A stretch of DNA of 64,000 bases from the NCBI GenBank assembly GCA_963776275.1, contig CAVZMI010000014.1, forward strand, positions 96,001 to 160,000, in the 5' to 3' direction. Positions within the stretch are counted from its first letter, which is position 1, and each line of letters opens with the position of its first letter. This stretch comes from Ignavibacteriota bacterium. GTDB taxonomy: Bacteria > Bacteroidota > Ignavibacteria > UBA10030 > CAVZMI01. Below are positions 10,070 through 21,912 of this stretch, one piece after another. Both the position numbers and the translations under genes were made by a program. Under the pieces are notes generated by a model, which did no database searches, was not told where the DNA came from, and saw nothing but the letters and a program-made list of their open reading frames with translations.

Positions 10070-11906
10070 ATGAAAATATTTGGTTACTTTCTTGTTGTAC
10101 TCGGATGCCTGCTGATGTTCATGTTTGCACCGGGTACGGTATCGGCACAATATCCGGTATTCATTCCCCACGATTCCACGAATCTCGGGATCTATACGAA
10201 ACTCGGCATGATGGGCGCCGCGTGGGGTGACTTCAATAACGATGGCTATCTCGATCTCTTTCAGACCGGAAACGGTGTGCGAAGCCACTTGTATCAGAAT
10301 AACGGCGGTGTAAGCTTTACACGAGTATCGAAAGACTCGACGAATATGCCGGGAATCTTATTCGACTCGGTTGGTACTGCATATAAAGAAGGAGCCGTGT
10401 TCGCCGATTTCGACAACGATGGCAAACTCGATATCGTCTGGGCAAACCTCGGTCTGGCGATGTATAAAAACAACGGCTACTATTTCGATGATGTGACGTC
10501 CACCGCTTTCGGCACTACGGGAATCGCGAAGGGTCAATGCATCTGGGGAATTACTGTCGGCGATTTCGATAACGACGGCTATGTCGATATAGCGCTCGCC
10601 GGCGGCAACCAGGGGCCAAATTCGCTCGCGGGGCCTGTGTACATTCTCCATAACAACAAGGACATGACCTTCACTGACGCCGCAACGGCGCTCATCAACG
10701 GTAGCCTCGGACTGATCGAAGCGTGGAATCCTGCCTGGGTCGATATCAACAACGACGGATTTCTCGATTTGTTCCTCCCCTGCATCCGTACGGCTCCCGA
10801 GTACTGCGAAATGCTTCTCAATGACGGCGGCGGATTCACGCCGATGGATACAAGCACCGTCGGAGGATCGGGATTGAATATCAGATCGGCCATTGCATCG
10901 GCGTGGGGCGATTATAATAACGACGGGTTCCTCGATCTCATTGTGACTCCTTTTGTGAATGATAACGACGGCAGGCTGAAACTCTTCAGGAACAACGGAG
11001 ACAACACCTTCACGAACGTCTCGGTGGAAGCCAATATCGACACCAACTACGACGGTACCTCACGTGCGCTCGTGTGGGGCGATGTCGACAACGACGGCTA
11101 CCTTGATCTCCTCATGGGGAGTAGAACTCTCGGTCAGAGATTGTTTCACAACAACGGTGATGGAACCTTCGCCGACATATCGCATGAGGTCGCTCTGGAT
11201 ACGATCAAGGGACGCGATGAACGTACCGTTTTCCTTATTGATTACAACAGCGACGGCTTCCTCGATTACTATGGTTCCGGTCTTAACAGCTGGAAACGGC
11301 TCCTGACGAATAGCGGGAACGGTAATCACTGGATTGCGTTCCGGCCTGTCGGTGTTACCGATAATAAGGCCGGAATCGGCGCCCGATTTACTCTCGTGGC
11401 AGGCGGCAAACGGCAGACCCGCGTCATCGAAGGTGGATCAATCGGCGGATGCGGCAACGGCAATCTTTGGGCAAACTTCGGCCTCGGTCCGTCGACTACA
11501 ACGGTCGACAGCGTCATCGTCAACTGGCCGACGGGGGCGAGAGACGTTCTCGACAAATCTCACCATTGTCGATAAATATTATATCTTCACACAGGGTGTC
11601 GGTGCGGTCGTAGGAATCAAGGATCAACAAAGTTCAATTCCAGAGCAGTTCGAGTTGAAAGCAAATTACCCGAATCCCTTTAACCCGTCCACGACGATCG
11701 TTTACGCCCTGCCGAAACAGTCGAAGGTCACGGTCGAAGTATTTGACATGCTCGGAAGAAAAGTCGCGACACTCGTTGATGAAACGAAATCGGCTGGCGA
11801 ATATTCGGTCCAGTTCGATGCAACGAAGTATGCATCCGGTGTCTATGTGTACAAGATGTCGACACCGACAATTACGATTGCGAAGAAGATGATGCTGGTG
11901 AAGTAA
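10070..11906 (+). CDS. FG-GAP/CRTAC1-like beta-propeller with ASPIC/UnbV domain and T9SS CTD; frameshift ~11545
   Basis: Repeated WGDFNNDGYLDL-type motifs; NHWIAF...GIGAR...FGLG...VNWPTG (UnbV). ORF 11334..11906 supplies ANYPNPFNP...KKMMLVK. Confidence 0.82.
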
Positions 11907-11931
11907 ACGCTGTACGGCATTACCCTCAGAG

Positions 11932-11965
11932 AAGGGGGACTTGGCGGAAGCTGAGCCCCCCTTTT
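11932..11965 (+). terminator. Intrinsic terminator
   Basis: aagggggacttggc-ggaa-gctgagcccccctttt just after the FG-GAP gene stop. Confidence 0.7.
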
Positions 11966-12075
11966 AAGTTGTGAGTTATAAGTTGTGAATGAAGAATGTT
12001 ATTAGAACTATCATCGCCCGCTCTTTTATCCACTCATTCGTCCGCTCTTCAGTCTGCCCTGATTGCCATTTAAAT

Positions 12076-12109
12076 AAAAAGCCCCCTCGCCGCGATGGGC
12101 AAGAGGGCT
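12076..12109 (-). terminator. Intrinsic terminator of the minus-strand operon
   Basis: aaaaagccccctcgcc...ggcaagagggct hairpin just downstream of the PorV-like gene. Confidence 0.55.
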
Positions 12110-12131
12110 GGTGAAGTGCACTTCTTTCTTT

Positions 12132-13151
12132 TTAGAAACCTAATCGTACGCTGAACATGTGAACCGCGTTGAGGGCGCCGAAATCGATATACGCATAATC
12201 GAAATTCATTATGGTTCCTGCGATGACATAATGAAGTCCTGCTCCGTAGTTCAATCCCTGCTCCGTATCTTTGGCTGCAAGACCTTTGTATCCGGCCCGC
12301 AGCGAAATCATATCGTTGAACGTATATTCGGCGCCGACGTTGAGCGACTCAACGTCGTCGCTTGGGTGAAGTGCGTCAGCCGAAACGATCAGATTGCTGT
12401 TCAGCGCCCCCTTGAGAACGTCCATGGATACCCCGACGCGGAACAGAAGCGGCAGATCGAAATTATCGGTTTGCAGTCGTGCGTTGATGTTGGCATTGTT
12501 TCCATTCGCTCCCGGGTCGATATCGTGCTGGATCTGCAGGTCGCGGCCATCCAGCTGCATTTTCGAGCCGTAGTTCGAGATGCTCATACCAAGCATGACG
12601 CCGTGGAACCGTGTGTCGAAGAGTGCGCCTACGTCAAGGGCGAATCCGCCGGCACTGGTGTTATAAAGCCTTTCATTGATATATTTCACGTTGATACCGA
12701 TCGAGAACTGATCGGTAAGATTTCGCGCATATGTCAATCCAAAGGCATAACTTGCAGCATCGAACAACTCGCCCGTTCCTTCCGGCTGGGCAATCGTGGT
12801 TCGTTCCATCTCGCCCATTGTGAGAAACGTAGCGTTGACGCCGATGTTTCCGAAGTTGCTCAGTGGAAAAACGATTCCCGCATAGTTGAACGAGAGATCG
12901 GCAATCCATTTGGCGCTGGAAAACATAGCGTCAACATTGTTGAGTTTGGCAATTCCGGCCGGATTCCAGTACATGGCCGATGCGTCGTTCACAACCGAAA
13001 CACTGGCGCTTCCCATTGCGTTTGCCCGCGGACCGACGTCGATCCCCAGAAAGCTCGCAGCGGTCGTCCCGACTTTCGTCACTCCCTGGGCCTGAATATT
13101 CGGATTGCACACCAGCACCAATCCGAGAATGATTAAAATATACTTTTTCAT
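12132..13151 (-). CDS. PorV/PorQ-family (UPF0164) outer-membrane beta-barrel
   Basis: Signal peptide; KVGTTAASFLGIDVGPRANAMG, DASAMYWNPAG, LPLLFRVG, GAEY...LRAGY, DYAY...HMFSVRLGF with terminal Phe. Confidence 0.85.
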   Translation of the reverse strand: MKKYILIILGLVLVCNPNIQAQGVTKVGTTAASFLGIDVGPRANAMGSASVSVVNDASAMYWNPAGIAKLNNVDAMFSSAKWIADLSFNYAGIVFPLSNFGNIGVNATFLTMGEMERTTIAQPEGTGELFDAASYAFGLTYARNLTDQFSIGINVKYINERLYNTSAGGFALDVGALFDTRFHGVMLGMSISNYGSKMQLDGRDLQIQHDIDPGANGNNANINARLQTDNFDLPLLFRVGVSMDVLKGALNSNLIVSADALHPSDDVESLNVGAEYTFNDMISLRAGYKGLAAKDTEQGLNYGAGLHYVIAGTIMNFDYAYIDFGALNAVHMFSVRLGF

Positions 13152-13166
13152 TGTATGTCTTCTCCG

Positions 13167-16100
13167 CTATTTAAGGACTACGAATTTTCCGGTTTTTTCG
13201 CCGATACCGTCGGCTTTGATATGGTAAATGTAAATACCGTACGAAATTTCCAGGTTATCCTTCGAGAGCATATTCCACACCTCCGTCCCATCGATCAGCG
13301 GGGCGTCGTGTTCGAAGAGCCTTCACCAGTTGACCCCGGACATTGAAGATTTTGATCGTACATTTTTGAGGCAGGTGCGTGAAATGGAGAACCCGGTCTC
13401 CACGTCCGTTCGAATAGGGATTCCGCGGTTCCCACGAGTTCGTCACGATGTATGGGTTCGGAACCACCTTGATCATATCGAGCTCGGTCTTTGCCTTTTC
13501 CATATTGACGCCCTGTGCCACTGTGGTGAATTCATAGAGATCGTTGGTGAGAAACGGGTGCGTTAAGTTCAGAGTGAGAATGTCGCCCGATACCGGCAAT
13601 GTCGAGTCTGCCTGAGTTGACGAACTGATGGTGTACCTCACCCACCAGCTAGCAACCGTATCGCCCGGATTCAGGAATATAATTTCATCCGACAGACGTT
13701 TCTTCAAATTGAATGAAAACACCCCACTGCCGCCGTTGGCTGAATCGACTTCCCTGAATGCGAAATCAACTTTCTGGTTTGTCAGTGTGTTGAGAACCGT
13801 AAAGTTGACCCGTTTCGCGGGAATCACCTGCGAGCCTCTTTTGTATACTTTTGATGTGTCGATACCGACTTCCCCGATCACGACCGCATAGTTACCCGCT
13901 GGGAGGATCTCCACTCGTTGTTGGAGATAGGAATAGGGTCGGAAATCATATGTAGGGATACCCGTTTTACTCCACCCGGAGGTGGCAGCGTCGATGCCGA
14001 GTATTCCCGGATTTCCGCTGAATGAGAGTGTGAATCCCTCGACAACCGACACTCCTTCGCTGCCGTATCCCGTGAGCGGGCAGTTTTTCAACAGTGTATC
14101 GCCTGCGGTCATATTTATCAGGTTGAAACCCCCCGTCGCTTTCATCACGCTGGAACCGACCGTGGTATCGCGCGCCACAAAGGAAATCTGATATGTATTG
14201 TTCTCTTTCACCTGGGTATTATCGATGATGTTGTAGCCTATCGTTCCGCTTGCCGTATTTTGTGAACCGGCCATGAATTTCCCGTCCTTGAAACCGGCTT
14301 CAACATATCCGGCTGCTGGCGCTTCAGGCCGCACTACGACGACGTTTTTCCCTTTTTCTATCTCGCCCGAAGTCTGAACCGCAACGAACTTCGTGCATTC
14401 CGACGGGTCGATCCCCAACGAGTCGTCACCATGGTCGAATGAAGTTACGGCGTAGAAGTACGTTGTACCGTTCACCGCGGTAGTGTCGACCCAGTAATGA
14501 CGCAACCCGGTATTATTCCCGAGCCAGAAGTGTATTCCGGCGTTTTGTGCCTGGATGGGTGCAAACCCCGAGTATTCATTATCGAGGTCGAATTGCGCGA
14601 TCGGTTCTCTGGCGATGACGCTTCCATACCCGTCGGTAATCGGTGTGGCATCGTTGAATCCGGGATCCGTTGAACGGTAGATTTTGTATCCTTCGAAGTC
14701 TTTGCCGCTGATTGGATCCTCCGACGATTCGGCAAAATTATCCCAGAAGAGTGTTACTTTATGATCGCCGGCGATAGCTCTAAGCGTCGGGATGAGCGGA
14801 GCCTGGGCGAAGTTGTAGTTCTGGTTGTATGCCATAGCAAAATAGTTCTTGTTCCGGACGAGCGCGTCGAGGTTGATGCCGCAGACAATCGCCATCGAGA
14901 ACCGCTCGGTCTGACCAGGGACGATTGGAAAATATCCCGATCCAAACAGGAGCTCGACGTTCGCCGTCACGAAAGTGTAGGTGAACGATCCCGGAGCCAG
15001 ACCGTTCCACATCATTTCTGGATCGTACTGGAAGACCGTTCCCCAGTCGTAAAGGTAGAAGCTTGTGAGCCCGAGCATATCGCTTTCATCGATATCTGTC
15101 TTGTCGATATGCGGTTCACCCGGAAGGTCCGTTCCCCGTCCGGATGTCGGTAAACCGTCACCTTCGCCGGCATCGCCGGTGTTCGCCAGCCCATCCATAC
15201 CAACGTCGTCTGTCAGAACATTCCAGTCGCCATCGTTATCGATGCCGTCGTCGCGGCGTTCGTCGATCAGGGGATTGGTCTTTCCGTTTGTTGCCGGATT
15301 GGGATCGAGATAGTTGATATATTTATATCCTGTTCCGTCGTCGGCAATATAAAGGTAATGGAAAACGCCGTTCTGGTCGGCACGTCCTCTGTTCTCGTCG
15401 ATAAGTCCGTTGAGGTTATCATCGAACAGGTTATCGCCGATTTCCCTGAGCGTGTCACCGGCGTAATACTTATAGATTCTACCTCCGAATGGAATGAACA
15501 GCGTGTCGAGAGAGGTTTTACCGAGTTTCACCAGTGTGTCGGCAAGGGTTGTAACAACACGATCAAACGTTTTATAATTGATAAGAACGATCTGATCGTT
15601 CGGATTGAGAGCTCTCGATCGAAACATCGATTCTGACATCGTCGGGCCAGGACCGTTCTTTCCGTCGTTATCGTTGTCGATACCGTCGTAAGGATTTCCC
15701 GGACTCTCGAGGAAGGCGCCTCCCATATATCCGACAGGCCTCCAGTTACCGGCTCCGAGATCGTCGGCATCCCACATGTAAGCAATATCGAGGTTCCTGT
15801 CGTATGCAGCCTTGTCATCGCCGGCATCAGGCCCCGTGTTCGATTCACCCATATTGTTTCCTACTTTGAAACCGAAGACATTTTTGTCGAGAAGGTGGGT
15901 TCCGATATTCTGCAGGTCATAGAGGCAGAAGATCCCATCTTTAACCGACGCTTTCGACCATTGAAGTCCGCGAACGTACATCCGCAGGCCGAGGCCCCTT
16001 CGTTTGTGATTCATACTGTCGGGGAAAAATAATGCCATTTTATTGTTGTAGTCGTCGGCAACGAAATAGCTTTCTTCGTCTGCGTTGAATTTATTCTTTC

Positions 16101-16659
16101 CGAAGTATCCGTTCCATGCCGCCTTCAAGGAGTTTCCATCCGCGGCATCATTTCTCCAGCCTGGATCGGTTGCATCGTCCATTTTATCCGGCCAGAATGC
16201 GGGCCATGAGTTCGGCCACTCGGATCTTCCTTTCGACATTGCGATCCTGTTATTGTCCGGATCGGCAAATCCTGGGAGCGGCAGGAATGTCCACCATTCG
16301 TTCGTCACGGGATCGCGCGGTCCGTGCGTTTGCGAGATGTTCATACTCTTGTTCTCACTGAGAAGATGAACGGTGTTTCTGGTCGTATCGATGACTTCAG
16401 CGACCACCATCGGATTTCCGTCAACCAGGTAATAGTGCCCGCTGTTGATCGGCCATTCGCCTGCTACTTCAAGAGGATTTGTTTTGTTGCTGACTCTCCC
16501 TCCGAATGTTCCGTCATTGAACAGGCTCACACGAAAGTCGTTTCCTGAATGAACTCCGATGCGGGTTTCCGAATCCATCCCGTGCAGCGTACTCATCTGT
16601 GCCTGCATAACGGAGGTGGAGAGTATCACCACGACTATGAAAAATAAGATTCTTTTCAT
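13167..16659 (-). CDS. Large secreted protein (~1160 aa) with acidic Ca-binding-like repeats, FN3-like domain and atypical T9SS-like CTD; frameshift ~13315
   Basis: Signal peptide without lipobox; DGIDNDNDG, DDNLNGLIDE, DDGIDNDGDW, DDVGMDG; KVTLFWD..DFEGYKIYRS..YFYAVTSFD; IKVVPNPY..FTHLP..KIFN. The shifted frame continues EVWNMLSKDNLEISYGIYIYHI..GKFVVLK* (TAG 13167). Confidence 0.75.
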
Positions 16660-16675
16660 TCTTTTATCTCCTCGA

Positions 16676-19600
16676 CTAGAAACCTAAGATGACGCCGACT
16701 TCGACCCGGCGGGGCGCCGTGTACCAGCTCGGCTGATTCACGTAATCCTGAACTGTGCTTACCCTGTTGCTGGTATACGGTATCTTTCCCGGATTGATAT
16801 TCGTCGTGTATTCCGGACTTCCCGTATCGCCGTATACCACAGTGGCATCCCGCTGATCGAGCAGGTTGTAGACGTTCACGAAAAATTCAAGGCTGAGCCG
16901 TGATGCGAGCTTGAACGTCCTGTTGATCGTCAGATCAATACTTTTCTGATCAGGACGACGTGCGCTGTTCTGTACCAGACCCGAGACGGCGCCGGCTCCC
17001 ACCGACTCCGCAACCGGGAAGGCGGGTGTGTACGGGCGTCCGCTCCAGTACCTGCCGATGAGCGAAACCGTCCACTGGGACATGTTTAAGATGAATTGCA
17101 CGTTGAGCGTGTGCGTTTGATCCCAGCTCATCGGAATAAGACTCAATACCGGCGCCTGATTTGAAAGCTGGGCGTTGAACGCGTCCTGGGGATTCGAATA
17201 GGTACCTTCGGCTTTCTGGAACGTGTAATCGGCACGGAACGAATAATTGTCGGTGAAACGCTTTTCGATCTTTAACGTAATGCCGCGGACATTCTCGTAA
17301 TCCTTATTCTCGAAGATCGAATACGCAACGCCGGTTTTTAACGTCATGATTAGCGGGCTTGTTCCTACCCAGTCACGCACATCGCGGTAGAATATCGTCA
17401 GGTCGACGCCGATGTCGTCGCTCAGCTGTTGCTGCAATCCGAGTTCGTACATGACCGTCTTCTGCAGTTTGAGATTGGCATTTCCGAATAACGCATCTCC
17501 GGATCCGCTTGACACCTTGAAATCCGGATTGGAGTACAGATACTGAAACTCTGGCGTTTGGCAGAAGTGTCCGTAGGAGAAATGGATCACACCGCGGTCG
17601 GTGATCGGAAATGCGATTCCGAGGCGCGGGCTGAGCGACATTTTTGCATTAACTTTCTTCTGCATGAACGCCCGGCGCTCATCCGGCGTGTATTCATGAA
17701 TTGCACCGGAGGCGAGCTGCTCGGCGATATATTTGTCGATCGTGCCGGCATAGTTCGCGGGCATATCGACCCAGTTTGCGTAGATGTTCTTGTATTTGAA
17801 CGGACTGTAAATATTTGGATCTTCCGGATCGGCGGGTATTACCGAGTTTGGGTCGAAATAATCATAGCGCAGACCGATGTTCAGAATAATGTCGTTGAAT
17901 TCGGTTTTGTCCTGAACATAGGCCGATATTTCCCGGGGCTTCCGATCGTAATCGTTCCGATAGAGGCTTCCGACGGCCGGTATTGCCGGCATGAACGGCG
18001 TAATCGGCTGACCGGATTCATCAGTTTTCGCTACAATTTGGTATCCGTGAAGCGTGATCTCGTGGAGTCGTACTTCGGCCCCGACTTTCAGCTGATGCAT
18101 CTTGCTCACCTGGCTCGTCAAATCGACTTTTCCGACCCAATACGCTGTGCTACGCGTTGTATTCGTGACGTCCATTCCCTTGTTCAGGAAACTATAGGAG
18201 GCCGGTGCGTTGATCGACTCCCGATTGATATATCCGACCGGACCCGCTTGGATCGGGAATGTATTCATATCGTCCGCCCAGTCCGGTGATTGAATCGAGC
18301 CGCGCCTTACCCTGGCTGGTGTATGGATCGAATACCGCGGGAAATATCCCTTTGGTTGAGTCTGCAATAATACTCACAAGATAGGTGTTCGCAGTGTTCG
18401 GATCGTCCCAGACATATTGCTTCGATTCTGAGTAGAAACGACTTATGTGAACTTCATAGAATGTCGATTGTGAGAGGATCTGGTTCAATGTAAACATCAG
18501 TGTCAATCCAGTGGAATGGTACTGTGGCAGTCCATAGGGATCGTATTTGTAGTCGTGGGTGTTGAACTGATTGTAACCGCCCACTCCGGACACGTTGAAC
18601 TGGTAATCAGCAGTGTTGTACCGGAAATAGTTTCTGTCCCTGTCGTTCTTGTTCCAGAAAATGCTAAAATTTGTCTTCAACGACGAGATAGGCTGAAAGT
18701 TCAATTTTCCCTGTAAGGAGATCGCTTTATTCGGATTCATCGCCACCAGAGAGCTATCGCCCGGTGTTCCGTTAGGTCTAAACCAGTTCCTTCCGTAGAA
18801 ATACCCCTTATCATAAATGTATCGACCGTTAGCGAAGAAAGTCAAGTTGTCGCCCGTAAAGGGAACCGGTCCGCTCAAACTGAATTCTCCGTTGTAAATC
18901 GGAAATTCCCCGTTGTAAATTGGATTAAAATTTTTCAGCGGATGATCGCGGGTGCTTGAGACTATTCGTGTAAGTCCTTTAACCGTGGAATCGCTGACGG
19001 TCTGAAGAGACTGGTAGAGTCCAAATCGATCATCGTTGCTGAGATAATCGCCGCCGTAAATTTTGAGCTGACCCGTATAATTGCTTCCACCTTCCTTCGT
19101 GATGATATTCACGATACCCGACATCGCCTGGCCGTATTCGGCATTGAACGTGCCGCTCACGACCTGAACTTCCTGAATGGCGGAGTTTTCGACAGTCGTC
19201 CCCATCCGTCCGTCATAAACGTCGGTTGAGGATATGCCATCAACCCAGTAGGCGATTTCACCGGGTCTGCCGCCGCGCATATGCAGCCGCCCGTCGGACT
19301 CGATGATGCCGGCATTCAATCTAAGGACCTGTTGTAAATTCTGAACCGGCAGACTCTCAATCTGGTCGGCTGTAGTCGTCGAAAGGGATCCAGTCATATC
19401 TTTCACGATAAGTTTTCTTTCAGCTGTCACGATGACGGCTTCAAGTTCCACAGCCATTGGATGTAATTCGGTTAATAGTCGTGTCGTTAAGTCGATGTTC
19501 ACCCGGACGTTCTCGTATTGCACCTGCCGGTATCCGATCATTGTTACCGTAACTGTATAAGTTCCAGGTGGGATGTTCAGGATCATAAAATTCCCATCGA

Positions 19601-19781
19601 CATCGCTCGATGTGCCCATCCTGGTACCTTTCAGGAGGACATTCGCAGCAATCAGGGGTTCCCCGGTAGAAGCATCGGTGATTCTTCCCGATATCTTTCC
19701 GGTCGTGCCCGCAAACAACGCCGTTGCACCCGCCGCAAGCATCAGCAGTGCAAAGAGAAGGATCGAAGTTTTCACATTCAT
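16676..19781 (-). CDS. TonB-dependent outer-membrane transporter (non-SusC type, N-terminal carboxypeptidase-like domain); frameshift ~18250
   Basis: GTTGKISGRITDASTGEPL; plug RGGRPGEIAYWVDG...VSGTFNAEYGQAMSGIVNIITK; barrel GLRYDYF, SPRLGIAFPI, YELGLQQ, NVYNLLD, PRRVEVGVILGF. Confidence 0.88.
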
Positions 19782-19839
19782 AGCAGTTACCTTAATTTTG
19801 TCTGAGTGATTCTATTATTATAGTGCAGTTATGACACGC

Positions 19840-21331
19840 TTACAGATTTAGAAGCTTTCGTAACAATGCGTCGAGCTTCTGTGTGGAGATAAACAAAGGG
19901 AATTCCGGAACAACTACCGGGTATGGCACACCCTGCCTGTAGGCGAATAAATCGATATTTGTCAATGTTATTTTCGCCAGAACAGCCCGGTTTATAACAA
20001 TTCTATTGCTGTATTTCATTTGCAGGTTTTGAAGATACGAGGTCCAGAATTGACGTACTCCTTCCCTGTCGTCGGCATTGATTTTCCCGTCTTTCAGGGT
20101 GGATTCGATAATACGCTTTTGCTCGTCCTGCGCGAGTAATGCATCCTTCCACATTTCGACCGTCCGGAGGAACGTCGTCCGATGCATCAAGCGATCTTTC
20201 ATAGGATTCCAGAGTCAGATAATGATCGCGTACCATGTCGACGACAGCGAGCTTGAATTCCCGTTTGAAGTTCATGCTGTCCAAAGCAGTCGTCCGGAAT
20301 ACCAGCGGATGCGAAAGAATCTCCTTCCGAAAATCCCCGACACTCCAGGTCTTCTTGTCGATGGTGAAAAATGGAGCCCCGAGGTCGATTTCCTCCGCCG
20401 GAATCGGGAGTTCCCTCATCGTAATATGCAGAGAATCGCTTTGCTTTATCCGCACATAGTGTGTGAAGGCGAAGTCGGAGAGGGCGTTGAATGTCGCTTT
20501 ATTGAATTCGATTTTTTTCCCTTTCATCAGATCGGCCTGATATGATGCCCATAATTTCCGGGCTTTCGACTGACGAAGAAAATCCCTGACCTCGGCCCAT
20601 CTCATACGCTGATCGTCACCGCTTACGATCGGATAGTCCACACGGTTCACCACCCGCATCACAATGTATCCGCCTGTCCTAAGTCTCAGCGGGCCTATAA
20701 CCGCTCCGGTATCGAGAGGTGCGCTGAACAACGATTCATGAATCGCATCATCATCGGGATCTTTGAATCGCACCTTTCGGATCGGTTTTTTTCCCGCCGC
20801 CGTCTCAAGTTCTCTGAAAACTTCATCGGATAATTCGGGCGCATTCTCAAAGATTTCCGTAATTCGCCGGGCGAGATCCTGATCGCTCAACATATAGAAT
20901 TCCACCTCGTACTCCCTTTGTGATAGCGTGTAGGCTTTTTTCACTTCGGAGGTATCGAGCCGGACGTTCTGCATACCTACTTCATCCTGAAGTTTATCGC
21001 GCATCGACTGTTCTTTGATGCCTTTGAGCGCGGCTTGAAATAGGGGATTGTTAGGCAACGAGCTTGTTTGCCGGGCTTCGAGTGAAAGAATTTTTTCCGA
21101 GATCAGATTGTCGAGCGCGGCATTTTTATCCTTAAAGTTGTCGGGGCGGATTGTCAGTTCGGTTCGCAGCTTGAATTCTCTCACCGACAGCACCTTGTCG
21201 GCGATGCGGGCAAGGATTGTGCTGTCCGACTGGCTCAGGGCGTCAGTTGCGCAAAAAAGGAACGCCTGGCCGATCCAGAGGAACACACGGAATTTGCCGG
21301 TACGGGTAAAAGTCATACCTATTCTCTTCAC
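19840..21331 (-). CDS. SurA/PrsA-like periplasmic chaperone (parvulin PPIase-like, degenerate); frameshift ~20170
   Basis: Signal peptide; ILARIADKVLSVREF, LDNLISEKILSLEA, VIGPLRLRTGGYIVMRV and a second repeat of this pattern. Continues in ORF 19840..20202. Confidence 0.6.
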
Positions 21332-21392
21332 TCCGGTCTTTCGCTTTATGCGAATAAAAAATTGCCTTTTGGGGATTAACTGTAGTTACCTG

Positions 21393-21460
21393 AATAATAA
21401 ATACATAGATGTTCAAATAGTAGCCATTTTGTGCCATTAATTAACCAAATAGCGTACGGG
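21393..21460 (-). promoter_or_regulatory. Conserved promoter/operator element copy 2
   Basis: Reverse complement cccgtacgctatttggttaattaatggcacaaaatggctactatttgaacatctatgtatttattatt, upstream of the chaperone-TBDT operon. Confidence 0.8.
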
Positions 21461-21499
21461 CGAAATTTTAGATTGTTTTATATAATGTACAAAAGCTAT

Positions 21500-21832
21500 T
21501 CCATTTTTGCCACCATAAAGGAGGAGGTATATTTTCAGGAGACGCTTTCAAACGAGAGAAGAAGCTCGTCGAATATTTTTTAGATACCTGGGAATTTTTT
21601 TGGGGGGAGTCGGCGGCACGCGTCTCTCGGTTTAAAAAAATCACCAGTTGTAATTGAACGGCAATAAAATATATTGTTATGATTCACAGTCAATTTTTTG
21701 CGTTAAGCTCCACGTGAGGTATGATGAACGGAATTATTTTTTCCTGAGTAATGCGACTACTATTTCAAATTATAGAGATAATGGAGAATAAACTAAAGTT
21801 ATTGAATAGAGCAAGAGGCTCTCTTAAGCCGG
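21500..21832 (+). mobile_element. Degenerate IS3-family element, 3' part (orfB integrase C-terminus and possible right end)
   Basis: Shifted frames read SIFATIKEE / RRRFQTREEARRIFFRYL / SRRHASLGLKKSPVVIERQ* (to 21667), matching IS3 OrfB C-termini. tctcttaagccgg at 21820-21832 is the reverse complement of 4304-4316. Confidence 0.6.
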
Positions 21833-21912
21833 GGGTACTGCTATAACCTTCAAGTCGGCAGATTCAATGAAGCTAAAAAAAGTTATATTTCTCATATTTT
21901 AAAAGGACATTC

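Noticed and set aside
12159-13136. 325-aa plus-strand ORF
   Set aside because: Antisense shadow of the PorV-like gene with no recognisable motifs. The same applies to 17558..18289, 8408..9025, 46142..46828 and 53268..53888.
13167-16659. Cellulosome dockerin/cohesin system
   Set aside because: The acidic repeats are not paired dockerin duplications and no cohesin domains are recognisable.
16676-19781. SusC annotation / classical PUL
   Set aside because: The SusC signature is absent and no SusD-like lipoprotein follows.
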